Of a stretch of 64,000 bases of DNA, positions 36,917 through 45,918 are shown piece after piece. Location of the stretch: assembly GCA_949282555.1 (NCBI GenBank), contig CASDPK010000008.1:3108-67107 (forward strand), read 5' to 3'. Numbering within the stretch: the first letter of the stretch is position 1; each line of letters opens with the position of its first letter. This DNA comes from an uncultured Lentisphaeraceae bacterium. GTDB lineage: Bacteria; Verrucomicrobiota; Kiritimatiellia; RFP12; DVOR01. A model generated the notes under the pieces. That model was not told the DNA's origin. It made no database searches and saw only the letters and a program-made list of their open reading frames with translations. The position numbers and the translations under genes are program-made.

Positions 36917-37645
36917 ATGAATCGTAAAATTGTTCTTACGGTAAGTGCCGCAATGTTGATGGGAACCTTACGTGCGGAATCTCCGCTCAATATTATCCAA
37001 GTGAACTTGGGGCAGGTGCCAACGCTTATCAAGGAGGAGCCGAAGCAAGTGCGTGAGCCGGAGGCGGATGCCAGGAGCGTCAGGCAGGAGTCGGAGAAGC
37101 CGCAGCCCAAGATTGCGGAGACCGACTTTGAAGGGCGGCTTAAGGTAATTGAAGAAAAGTTGAAATCATCTTTCAAAGAGTTGTTGGACGCTCGGAATAA
37201 AGAGATAGAGGCCTACAAAGCAAACTTCTTTGCCCATCTTGAGACCAAGCTCAAGGAGGCTCAAACGTGTGGCGATTTGGATGCCTATGAGACGTGGAAC
37301 GACCGAAAGGAACGTTTCCAACGTCTTCAGAGCTTGAACGGTTGGACGGACGTACTTTATCGCTGTGGGAACAAAAAGTGGTGGACTATTGTTAACGGTA
37401 TGCGTTTCGATCCCAACGATATTCAAGGTACGGAAGTGCCTAATTTTGAGGAACTCTACGGTGATTCCATTAAGAAGGTGTATCAAGAGGCGGATAAGGC
37501 CGCAGAAGAAGTCCAGCGCGATGCTCTAAGACTGGGTAAAGTGGAGGTGTCCAAAAATGTTCGGGAGTGGCGTAACAAAACATTGTCCAACAATAAAGAA
37601 CGCAGCATGGATTTTCTCATTCGTGGTATTCGTGGCAGAGAGTAA
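36917..37645 (+). CDS. Hypothetical secreted coiled-coil protein
   Basis: AGGAGG RBS. Signal peptide MNRKIVLTVSAAMLMGTLRA. The mature part is Lys/Glu-rich. Confidence 0.5.
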   Translation: MNRKIVLTVSAAMLMGTLRAESPLNIIQVNLGQVPTLIKEEPKQVREPEADARSVRQESEKPQPKIAETDFEGRLKVIEEKLKSSFKELLDARNKEIEAYKANFFAHLETKLKEAQTCGDLDAYETWNDRKERFQRLQSLNGWTDVLYRCGNKKWWTIVNGMRFDPNDIQGTEVPNFEELYGDSIKKVYQEADKAAEEVQRDALRLGKVEVSKNVREWRNKTLSNNKERSMDFLIRGIRGRE

Positions 37646-37650
37646 CTGAG

Positions 37651-40149
37651 ATGAAGACACGTGCATTATTTTGTTGGGTCGGCGCTCTAGGATGCCTCGC
37701 TGTGGCGGGATGCATCCGTGGGCCTTTCCGTTCGGCCATCGTTGGCGACAAAGAGTCCGCCACGGTTCAGTGGGTAAAGGCAAAGCCCGTGTTGGCACCG
37801 CTTTCGGCCCCCGTCGGCATCTTGACGGATGTCGTTTTGGTTCCGATGGATACTGCAACTTTATTGAGCATCAATTGTGCATGGCGGCCATTTCTTGATA
37901 ATGCGACTCTGAGCGGATCCGAGGATCATTACTTCCCTGCAGCCATACCTAACATGTTTGTGCTTCCGTTGTTACCGCACCTGTTCACCATTGGCAGTAC
38001 GTGTGATTACTATGTGGATCTCTTTGGCAATCGAACGGAGTGGCATCTCAAACAGTTACTCTCTGAGAAACGTTATGATGACGCACTAAAAATCGTGACG
38101 GAAGGAAGTGGTATACCAAAGCCGACGGCAGTGCCAAAACGTGGCCTTTATTGGGCGAACGAAAGGAATGAATGGGCTCCCATCATACAGAATACGCAGA
38201 ATGCTTGGCGGGAGCAGTGGACGAAACAGATTTCCAATCTTGTGAAGGATGAGGCCGAACGATTGGGACGCATTTTGCAGACCGCCGATTCCCCTGAGGA
38301 ATGGGACAAGGCCAACGCAGAACTTGCGCGTTTGGGGGCGAACGTCACAGGGGATAAGGCTTCATGGCGAGCACTTGCCGTTTGGCGCGAGGCCTTGAGA
38401 AAAGGGGATTATGAAACGGCGTGGGAGTTGCTCAAAGAGTATCCCTCCGTTTGCTTCGATGGGCTTCCCATGTATTATGCCGAATGTGTCAGTAGAGGAT
38501 TCCCGAAGGCGTTTCGAGCCAAATTGTATGATGTAGGCATGCTTCATCCCTTCCGAGTTGGGGATTGCGCGTTGTTGTTGTGGCAACAGGATACAGATAT
38601 TCTGAAACACCCCCGGTTCCGTCTTCCTTTAGAAGCGGCACTGCCGGCCTTGAATGGTTCGTTGAAGGATCTTCTAGCCTTTTTGGACGTGACGCAGGGC
38701 GTGACCTACGCATTTGCACCTGTTTCCTCGGGAGATTATGCCGCAGTCGATGAACTTTTACAGGCAAAGCACCCCAAGCGCTTGATGCAAGCCATTAAGC
38801 AGAAACTTTTGGCGGGCGACGCTGCGGTGCTTGTGGCACTTGTAGAAATGGGAGAGATGGAAGAAGCTCAGCGGTTATGGGTAGAAGCCAATGATGAAGC
38901 CCAAAATGAAATATTGGCCTTGGCTCTTGACGAAGCGAACCCTAAAGGTGAACAGGTCATCACGGCACTTTCTTGTCCAACACGGGGAGTGTGGTGGCCG
39001 GCTTTCCAGCGCTTGTGTCGGCAAAAGAATAATGCCATGTGCCAACAACGTTTGGTGGCATTGCAAAACGCCGGCTGGATTTCGGAAGAAAAGATATGGT
39101 CCACACGCAAAAGACTCTTCACCGAAGCGGCTAGGGCATTGTTGGCGCGCGCCACGGCAGTTACGATTTCTCTGGAAATCCCGCATGGGGAAGAAGAGGC
39201 CGAGTTACTTACAGACTTCCCGGAGTTCAAGGAATCTTTTGCCAATCTGAAACAGATACGCATGAAGGAACTTTTCACAAACCGTCCGTTTAAGGAGATT
39301 CTCGAAGTCGCCCGAACGGGGAATGGCGCTACGGCCATTGAGATGTTGAAGTGCAATCCCTCCTTAAGGGTTGTCTCTCCCAATGATGTGGTGCTCGGAA
39401 TTGAAACGCAAAATGATGCCTTCGCTAAGGCCCTTATTCAGCGTTGCCCCAACTTGAACGGGGAGCCCGACGCTGTAACACCCCTTATGGCGGCTGTATG
39501 GCACAACCACGCAGAAATCGTCAATCTGTTACTCTCGCGCAAGGTCAATGTGAATCGCAACGTTTCCAAAGAGCAATTCATTGCGTGGGCTTCGACAAAT
39601 GATGCAATGGAACGCTATCTTGAGGAGCGCTTTGACGCACGGAACGACGTGGACGCAATGTATTTGGCGTTGGAGATTCTCCCCTCCCCGGCAAGCGTTC
39701 GCTCCCTGTTGGGTGCAGGAGCCTATTATGACAGTACGCCACCCATCAATACCTGTCTTGCACTCGCTATACGCAAGAATAACATGAGCGATGAGAGGTG
39801 GAATGCGCAATGTGAACAACGGGTGGAATGCGCATTGGCTATTCTGAATGCTGGCGCAGAAGCGAATGTTTTCGTTTGTGAAGAGGAAGAAGTCCATACC
39901 ATTGTACTTTACGCGATCCTTTATACCGATTCTCAGGAACTCGTTCGGGCGTTGGTGCGCAAAGGTGCCCCTGTCTCCCTAGAGGCCGCCAATGCCGCCA
40001 TTCAGAAGGACTGGGTTAAGTTGGGCGAGTGGCTTCACTCAAAGGTCGACGACGATTGCAGGACGGAGAATGCCATTCTTGCGGAGAACCTCATGAAATA
40101 CGCAGACGCCGTCCCTTGGCTCCGTGCGCTTCTCCGGAGCCTCCAGTAA
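37651..40149 (+). CDS. Large lipoprotein with C-terminal ankyrin repeats
   Basis: Lipobox LAVAGC. C-terminal TPLMAAVWHNHAEIVNLLLSRKVNVN-type ankyrin repeats. Confidence 0.55.
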   Translation: MKTRALFCWVGALGCLAVAGCIRGPFRSAIVGDKESATVQWVKAKPVLAPLSAPVGILTDVVLVPMDTATLLSINCAWRPFLDNATLSGSEDHYFPAAIPNMFVLPLLPHLFTIGSTCDYYVDLFGNRTEWHLKQLLSEKRYDDALKIVTEGSGIPKPTAVPKRGLYWANERNEWAPIIQNTQNAWREQWTKQISNLVKDEAERLGRILQTADSPEEWDKANAELARLGANVTGDKASWRALAVWREALRKGDYETAWELLKEYPSVCFDGLPMYYAECVSRGFPKAFRAKLYDVGMLHPFRVGDCALLLWQQDTDILKHPRFRLPLEAALPALNGSLKDLLAFLDVTQGVTYAFAPVSSGDYAAVDELLQAKHPKRLMQAIKQKLLAGDAAVLVALVEMGEMEEAQRLWVEANDEAQNEILALALDEANPKGEQVITALSCPTRGVWWPAFQRLCRQKNNAMCQQRLVALQNAGWISEEKIWSTRKRLFTEAARALLARATAVTISLEIPHGEEEAELLTDFPEFKESFANLKQIRMKELFTNRPFKEILEVARTGNGATAIEMLKCNPSLRVVSPNDVVLGIETQNDAFAKALIQRCPNLNGEPDAVTPLMAAVWHNHAEIVNLLLSRKVNVNRNVSKEQFIAWASTNDAMERYLEERFDARNDVDAMYLALEILPSPASVRSLLGAGAYYDSTPPINTCLALAIRKNNMSDERWNAQCEQRVECALAILNAGAEANVFVCEEEEVHTIVLYAILYTDSQELVRALVRKGAPVSLEAANAAIQKDWVKLGEWLHSKVDDDCRTENAILAENLMKYADAVPWLRALLRSLQ

Positions 40150-40308
40150 CTGGGAAATCTCCGAGGCGTGCAGTATGAACATCGTAAGGCACGCCTTGGT
40201 GGACAACATGGAGAAGGGCCAGTCCTATCTCGTCAAAGGTTTGGCGCGACATTCGGCGAAGACACATCAAGTTGAGGCAGTGTAAAAGACAAACAGAAGG
40301 AAGTTGTT

Positions 40309-42057
40309 ATGGAACAAACCCGTGCAGAACGAAATCGTACACTCGCGTTGTTGTTTTTGGTGCTTGCGACGGTTGTTGCGGGCGTGGCCTCTTTTGTTTG
40401 GCAGAAAGAACCGTTCTCTCAACAAAAGGAAAGGCTTACTTTGGATGAACATGAGGGAAGACTGGAATGGTATCGCAAAGCCGCTGAACAGGGGGATGCG
40501 GCGGCGCAATTTAACCTTGGCGTACTGTATGCCAATGGGGAAGGGGTGCCACAATCGTATGAAGAGGCTGCGAAGTGGTGGCGTAAGGCGGCGGAACAGG
40601 GGAATGCGGAGGCACAATTTAACCTTGGCTTACTGTATGCCAATGGGGATGGTGTGCCGCAGTCTTATGAAGAGGCCGTCAAGTGGTTTCGCAAAGCGGC
40701 CGAACAGGGGCTTGCGGCCGCACAATATACCCTTGGGTTGAGATATCTCAATGGTCAGGGAGTCACTCTGTCTCATGAGGAGGCGGTCAAATGGTTTCGC
40801 AAGTCCGCGGAACAGGGATTTGCGGCCGCACAACATAACCTCGGTGTGATGTATCTCAATGGTCTGGGCGTTTCGCAGTCGTATGAGGAAGCCATCAAGT
40901 GGTTTCGTAAATCTGCGGAACAGGGACTTGCGGCCGCACAATATAACCTTGGCGTGATGTATTTCGAAGGTCAGGGTGTTTCACAGTCGTACAAGGAGGC
41001 GGTTGAGTGGGTTCGCAAAGCTGCGGAACAGGGCCTTGCTGCCGCACAAAATAACCTCGGCCTGATGTATCTCAATGGTCAAGGTGTCCCACAGTCTGAC
41101 GTGGATGCCGTCAGGTGGTTTCGCAAATCTGCCGAACAGGGGATAGCGGAAGCTCAATGCGCGCTTGGTGGGATGTATGCCACGGGCAAGGGGGTGTCAC
41201 AATCCTATGAGAGGGCTGGTAAATGGTTTCGTAAGGCCGCCGAACAGGGAGATGCCGTCGCTCAATATTATCTTGCTTCGTTGTATGCAGAGGGGCAGGG
41301 TGTCGAACAGTCTTATGAAGAAGCAAACAAATGGTATCGCAAGGCCGCGGAACAAGGAGATCCCGACGCTCAATTCGAGCTCGGTGTGATGTATATGGAG
41401 GGAAAATTGGGGCCTCAGAACGCAACAACGGCGATAAGATGGTTGGAGAAGGCTGCAGAACAGGGACATTCTGAGGCACAACAAGCGCTTGATTCACTGA
41501 AGCAGAACAAGCAATCATCTCAGAGACCTGACTTCGGGGCGCCATCTGCGGATGAGCACTCAATGGAGCAAAATAAATCATCTTTTCAAGCTCCCATGAA
41601 GGGATTTTCGTTTTGTGGTATCGCACTGGGAAGTGTGAAAGAGGCCACCGCCAAGAATGATGAGGGTTATCCGCTTTACACTGGGAAATTGGGACAACCG
41701 TTTAGAGGCATTGATGAGGTGAGGTGTTTTCTGACGCCTTCGAAACGGCAGGTCTTTGGAATTCGTTTGGCAAAAGCGTTTTCTTCCTATTCGGAGATGT
41801 GCAAGGAGCAGGAAACAATCAAGCGTCTGCTGGAGATCAAGTATGGAAAGACGCCGGATAGAGTGGAGAAAAATGATGCCCAAAACGACGACTATTATTG
41901 GTTTTTGGAAGACGGGACGATTGTGGTGAACTTGGATGCCCCAACAGACGAAGTGATGGTATTGGATGTAATCTCCCTCCCATTGCAACAGAAAGCCGAA
42001 GAAGAGCTTCGTCAGAAGACGCTTGAAGAGAACGCCGCCGATTTGAAGGCCCTCTGA
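40309..42057 (+). CDS. Sel1-like (TPR-family) repeat protein with C-terminal non-repeat domain
   Basis: About 10 tandem 36-aa units AAEQG-AAQ-NLG-MY-NG-GV-QSYEEA-KWFRK-. Single N-terminal TM or signal segment. Confidence 0.8.
   Translation: MEQTRAERNRTLALLFLVLATVVAGVASFVWQKEPFSQQKERLTLDEHEGRLEWYRKAAEQGDAAAQFNLGVLYANGEGVPQSYEEAAKWWRKAAEQGNAEAQFNLGLLYANGDGVPQSYEEAVKWFRKAAEQGLAAAQYTLGLRYLNGQGVTLSHEEAVKWFRKSAEQGFAAAQHNLGVMYLNGLGVSQSYEEAIKWFRKSAEQGLAAAQYNLGVMYFEGQGVSQSYKEAVEWVRKAAEQGLAAAQNNLGLMYLNGQGVPQSDVDAVRWFRKSAEQGIAEAQCALGGMYATGKGVSQSYERAGKWFRKAAEQGDAVAQYYLASLYAEGQGVEQSYEEANKWYRKAAEQGDPDAQFELGVMYMEGKLGPQNATTAIRWLEKAAEQGHSEAQQALDSLKQNKQSSQRPDFGAPSADEHSMEQNKSSFQAPMKGFSFCGIALGSVKEATAKNDEGYPLYTGKLGQPFRGIDEVRCFLTPSKRQVFGIRLAKAFSSYSEMCKEQETIKRLLEIKYGKTPDRVEKNDAQNDDYYWFLEDGTIVVNLDAPTDEVMVLDVISLPLQQKAEEELRQKTLEENAADLKAL
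40480..41480 (+). repeat. Tandem array of 108-bp coding repeats (Sel1 units) inside the Sel1 gene
   Basis: Near-identical nucleotide units recur (cgcaaagc/tgcggaacagggg...gcacaatataacc...). Confidence 0.7.
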
Positions 42058-42101
42058 TGCGCCCAGTCATTTTTCACTCAAGCAGCAAAGGAGATAGTAT
42101 C

Positions 42102-42689
42102 ATGCACAGCACAAAGACGAGTCATGTTTCGGAAAAGGATGTGTTGGTCGCACTGTCGGCGGCACAATCCACGCGTCCGAAGGACTCCGCAAACAATACC
42201 CGGAACGAGGAGAAACAGACGACTCCTGAGGGTGGATGTCCACAGAGGACGAGTAGCCATCAGCGGCCAAGGCAATGTTTTGCGCCATTCTTTTCTGCGT
42301 GGAAGCATTGCACAACGGTAGGGCGCGCCTCGCGTTCAGAGTTTTGGTTCGGTTTTTTGCAACTGTCGTTGACGTACTTGCTCTTGGAGCAACTCATATT
42401 ACGTGTGAATCCAGAGATATGCGAGTCTTGGTGGTGGACTTTGGTGTTCGGTGGTCTCTATATTGGGCTCGATTTCATGTGGACGACGCGCCGACTTCAC
42501 GATATTGGGATGTCCGGGCTGCTTCCGTTAGTAATTCTGTTGGGAACGTTCGCAGTAGGGGTAGGGGCAGTGGGCTATTTCTTCCTTAAATTAGTCATTT
42601 TCCCTCTTATGGTTATTGTAATTGTTCTTTGTCTGTGGCCGAGTCAGCCGAGAGAGAACAAGTACGGCCCCGTGCCCTACGTTGAGTGA
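42102..42689 (+). CDS. DUF805 (YhaH-like) inner-membrane protein with hydrophilic N-terminal extension
   Basis: RSEFWFGFLQ..., RRLHDIGMSG, and C-terminal TM helices. AAAGGAG RBS before ATG 42102. The alternative ATG 42057 overlaps the Sel1 stop. Confidence 0.55.
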   Translation: MHSTKTSHVSEKDVLVALSAAQSTRPKDSANNTRNEEKQTTPEGGCPQRTSSHQRPRQCFAPFFSAWKHCTTVGRASRSEFWFGFLQLSLTYLLLEQLILRVNPEICESWWWTLVFGGLYIGLDFMWTTRRLHDIGMSGLLPLVILLGTFAVGVGAVGYFFLKLVIFPLMVIVIVLCLWPSQPRENKYGPVPYVE

Positions 42690-43699
42690 TTGGGCTGTCG
42701 GGTGTGGCGTGGATTTGCCGACACTGTGGGCACGAGGAGCCGTATCAAAATCCGGCGGCGGAGGTGGTGTGCCCACAGTGTGGCGTCTTGGGATTCTCGG
42801 ATGACGTGACCTCTTCCCCCGTGCCGCCGACGACGCCTTCGGCGGGCACGGAAACGGAACCTTCCGAAGATGTTGTTCCCTGTTTGGGGCCTGAGGCGGT
42901 TGTCGAGGGCGGACGGGGTGCATTGTCTTCGCAGAGGGAGGTCGTGGGGAACTTTGCGCAGGAGTTGGTTGCCGATGCGGTAGCCAACCCCGACACACCC
43001 GAAATGGCGGAGGCGGCGACGGAGGAGACGGAGCCGTGGGTCGCTCTCGTGGCCTGTGGACTTTGCGTACTGGTGTTTGCCTACCAGCGATTCATTGGCC
43101 CCACGTTGCTTGAGGTGGATACGGCGTGGGTGGATGAGACCTTCGCTTTTTGGTGGTATGGAGGAAAGGCCGAACAGTGGTGGCAGTGGGTGACGGGAGC
43201 CTTTCTCCACGGGGACGGCTTGCATTTGCTGGGAAATATGCTGGCGAGTTGTGGACTCATGTCCGAGGCGGAAAATCGGATCGGTCACTTCTCCATGGTT
43301 GGGCTAATTCTCTTGGGGGCGATTGCCGGAAGCTTTGGTGAGTTGCTCTTTCAGTTTTTCTCGGCGGGAACGATGCCGGGTGGCCTGTATTGTGTTGGGT
43401 TTAGCGGGGTGGTGTGCGCGTTTGGCGGGGTGTTGCTCTTTAGCAGATCTTTTTGGGTTTTGCCGTTTCTTCTGCCATCGCTCATTCCAACGGAGGCGAC
43501 CGGGGATGAAGCGTCTCTCATTGCCTATGGTGGGCATCTCGGCGGCTTCTTGTTGGGTGCCTTTTTTGGGTTCATTTCCATCTTTGCGGGGAAACGCACG
43601 TTTTTGGTGATTATCGCTATTGTGATATCGCTCCTCTTCGTGTGTGCACTCGTCCTTTTTCTTTTAGTGGCCTTAGGAGACACAGAGGGGCTTTCATAG
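42686..43699 (+). CDS. Rhomboid-family intramembrane serine protease with N-terminal zinc ribbon
   Basis: CRHCG...CPQCG, then rhomboid catalytic GFSGVVCAFGG (GxSG) and YGGHLGGFLLG (His). GTG start overlaps the DUF805 stop. Confidence 0.65.
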   Translation: MIGLSGVAWICRHCGHEEPYQNPAAEVVCPQCGVLGFSDDVTSSPVPPTTPSAGTETEPSEDVVPCLGPEAVVEGGRGALSSQREVVGNFAQELVADAVANPDTPEMAEAATEETEPWVALVACGLCVLVFAYQRFIGPTLLEVDTAWVDETFAFWWYGGKAEQWWQWVTGAFLHGDGLHLLGNMLASCGLMSEAENRIGHFSMVGLILLGAIAGSFGELLFQFFSAGTMPGGLYCVGFSGVVCAFGGVLLFSRSFWVLPFLLPSLIPTEATGDEASLIAYGGHLGGFLLGAFFGFISIFAGKRTFLVIIAIVISLLFVCALVLFLLVALGDTEGLS

Positions 43700-43743
43700 T
43701 TCTTCAGATACTTCCATCATCTGTCAGAATAGGAAGGAACTTA

Positions 43744-44232
43744 ATGGTTTTTTTGGATGAGGAAATCTTGGATTATCAGCAACAGTTGGTCGTTCAGGGG
43801 GAGTTTCGGAAACTGTCGCGACGGTATCACACGACGTTTGGCGTTTATCCCGAGCGCGACGATGTATTGCGTCGCACACGCAGATACCTTTTTTGGGCTC
43901 AAGTTAAGCGATGGTGTTGTCTTCTTTTCCTGACGCCAATACTGCTCTTTTGTGCATCGGGTGTTCTATTGTTTTTTAGTCCTGATCTGGTCGAAAAGGT
44001 GTTAGGCGTTATTTTTGGCGTTGTCGGGGTGAAGGTTTTTCGTCCTTGGCGAAAGGCTTTTCTCAATACACCAAGGAACTGGTTCCGCCCAAAGGCAGAA
44101 TCCGATTTTTGGTCGAAGAGATCAGAACAACAAAAGAATGGGACTCGGAAGGATGTTTGGTCGTTCGATGAGAAGGGGTTTCTGCTTCATCGCCTTGCTG
44201 AGATTTACGAAATCACGATAGAAGAGGTTTAA
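43744..44232 (+). CDS. Hypothetical membrane protein
   Basis: GGAAGGAAC RBS. One or two TM helices. No family recognised. Confidence 0.4.
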   Translation: MVFLDEEILDYQQQLVVQGEFRKLSRRYHTTFGVYPERDDVLRRTRRYLFWAQVKRWCCLLFLTPILLFCASGVLLFFSPDLVEKVLGVIFGVVGVKVFRPWRKAFLNTPRNWFRPKAESDFWSKRSEQQKNGTRKDVWSFDEKGFLLHRLAEIYEITIEEV

Positions 44233-44274
44233 ACGTCCCTTGCGGGGGGTGTTTTGGGAGGTTCTGTATCGGAG

Positions 44275-44334
44275 AGGGAGATGTAGTGCATCCCAAGAGG
44301 AGATGCGGAGCATCCTAGGTTGGGGTGCTCCGCG
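44275..44334. repeat. Reverse-oriented copy of the ~38-bp island-boundary repeat (GGAGATGTAGTGCATCCCAAGAGGAGATGCGGAGCA) plus an adjacent inverted GTGCTCCGC arm
   Basis: The reverse complement matches 57977-58014 with 4 mismatches over about 38 bp. Confidence 0.55.
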
Positions 44335-44383
44335 TTTCGTTGTGAGGGTCGCGCTTGGGGATGGGCTGTGCTAGAATGAGGGC

Positions 44384-44854
44384 ATGGTGTGCGGGTATGA
44401 CACGGTTTTTGTTCGGTTGAGGTTGGCCCTTTGGGGGTTGGCGGATCGTTGGCGTTCCCGTGGGGCGGAGGCCTCGGGGCCGTGGGGGGAACGGTGGGCG
44501 GCGCGGTTGCTGCGGGCGAGGGGGTGTCGGATTCTTGGGCGGAATGTGCGCCCGTGTCGGCATGGGGAGTTGGATTTGGTGGCGTGTCATCGGGGGGTGA
44601 TTCTTTTTGTGGAGGTGAAGACGCGCCGTGGGGAGGCGTATGGGCGACCGCTGGAGGCGGTGGGGCGGCGCAAGCGGGAGGTGTTGCGGCGGTGTGCCAC
44701 CCATTGGTTGGCTCAGGAGCGTTTGTTGCGCGCGGAGACGCTTTATCGCTTTGACGCGGTGGAGGTGATCGGGCGCCCCGGCAAGGGGGTGCCGGAGATG
44801 CGCTGGGTGCGCGGGCTGGACATGAGCGGAACCCGGGCGCCGGATCTTTTCTGA
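44384..44854 (+). CDS. YraN family (UPF0102) putative endonuclease
   Basis: GxWGERWAARLL...GCRILGRNVR...GELDLVA...ILFVEVKTR blocks. The true start is probably downstream of the annotated first codon. Confidence 0.6.
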   Translation: MVCGYDTVFVRLRLALWGLADRWRSRGAEASGPWGERWAARLLRARGCRILGRNVRPCRHGELDLVACHRGVILFVEVKTRRGEAYGRPLEAVGRRKREVLRRCATHWLAQERLLRAETLYRFDAVEVIGRPGKGVPEMRWVRGLDMSGTRAPDLF

Positions 44855-44862
44855 GGTGGTTT

Positions 44863-45537
44863 ATGGCAGGCGACAAACGGTGGTTGCTTTTTCTTGTCGG
44901 CGTTTATTTGGCGGTCTTCGCCGTCTGTGCGGTGTCGCCGACGGATCGTGTGACGTGGTGGGCGGAGAATGCCACCGTGTGGGTGTTCGTGGGATGGACG
45001 GCCCTCCTCTACGCGAAGGGGGTGCGTTTCTCCCGCACGGCCTACACGCTGATGACGCTCTTCTTTTGCCTGCATACCATCGGCGGACATTACACCTTTT
45101 CGGAGGTGCCGTTTGGCTGGGTGAGCGATTGGCTGGGGGCGGAGCGCAACCATTATGACCGCCTCTGCCACTTTATGGTCGGCGTGTTTGCGCTTCCGAT
45201 CTACGAGTGGGTGCGGCAACGGTGCGCCGCGTGTCCTCGGGGGCTGGCCTATGGGGTCGGCTGGTTGGGAATCGTGGCGTTTGCGGGATTGTTTGAGATT
45301 TTCGAGTGGCTGTATGCCGTGTGCGCTTCGCCGGATGCGGGGGTGGCTTTTCTCGGCTCACAGGGCGACCCGTGGGATGCACAGAAAGACATGCTGGCCG
45401 ATACGCTTGGGGCGACGGTCACGCTGGGGGTGCATGGGCTGATCACGGGGTGGCGCGCAGGGCGGCCCGCATCCAGCGCAGATCGCGGCGACGCATCGCG
45501 GCGCGCTCGGCGGGGGTGGCGTCGTCCGCGTCGGTGA
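44863..45537 (+). CDS. DUF2238 (YjdF-like) membrane protein
   Basis: Polytopic. ...FCLHTIGGHYTFSEVPFG...ERNHYDRLCHF is typical of the YjdF family. The 3' end overlaps the convergent ybeY. Confidence 0.55.
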   Translation: MAGDKRWLLFLVGVYLAVFAVCAVSPTDRVTWWAENATVWVFVGWTALLYAKGVRFSRTAYTLMTLFFCLHTIGGHYTFSEVPFGWVSDWLGAERNHYDRLCHFMVGVFALPIYEWVRQRCAACPRGLAYGVGWLGIVAFAGLFEIFEWLYAVCASPDAGVAFLGSQGDPWDAQKDMLADTLGATVTLGVHGLITGWRAGRPASSADRGDASRRARRGWRRPRR

Positions 45538-45907
45538 GATGGTCGCACCCGTGGGCGATGTAGAGGACGGTTTCTTCCTCAAAGGTGGTGGTGCCGAGGC
45601 GCTCGGAGGCGCGGGCGGCTTCGTCGAGATTGACGTAGAGCTCGCCGATGAGGCCTTCGGGTTCGCCGGGGAAGGGCTCGTACCGCTGGGTGATGACGTC
45701 GGTGGGGCCTTCGTGCCCGAGGATGGCCGCATTGACTTCCGCGCTCAGGGCATCGTGAACCAAGTGGATGGTGACTTCGCGCCACGGCGTGGCCGTGCGT
45801 GACCAGCGCTGTGCCGCACGGACGCAATAGTCGGCGGCGGCTTGGAGGCGGGCCTTGGAGAGGGGTGGGGTGAGGTGGCCATGGAGTTCGAGGCGGACAT
45901 CGGTCAT
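45443..45907 (-). CDS. ybeY: rRNA maturation endoribonuclease YbeY
   Basis: Metal-binding block ...IAHGCDHLTDADD corresponds to YbeY H-x-x-HG-x-LHLLGYDH. Size is 154 aa. Confidence 0.65.
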   Translation of the reverse strand: MTDVRLELHGHLTPPLSKARLQAAADYCVRAAQRWSRTATPWREVTIHLVHDALSAEVNAAILGHEGPTDVITQRYEPFPGEPEGLIGELYVNLDEAARASERLGTTTFEEETVLYIAHGCDHLTDADDATPAERAAMRRRDLRWMRAALRATP

Positions 45908-45918
45908 GGGAAGGCCTT

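Noticed and set aside
44122-44313. Small ORFs 44122..44313(-) and 57937..58119(+) encoding similar peptides (LRISSWDALHLPLRY / LRISPWDALHLPMRH)
   Set aside because: The similarity comes from translating the conserved intergenic DNA repeat. There is no RBS or coding signature, so it is reported as a repeat family instead.
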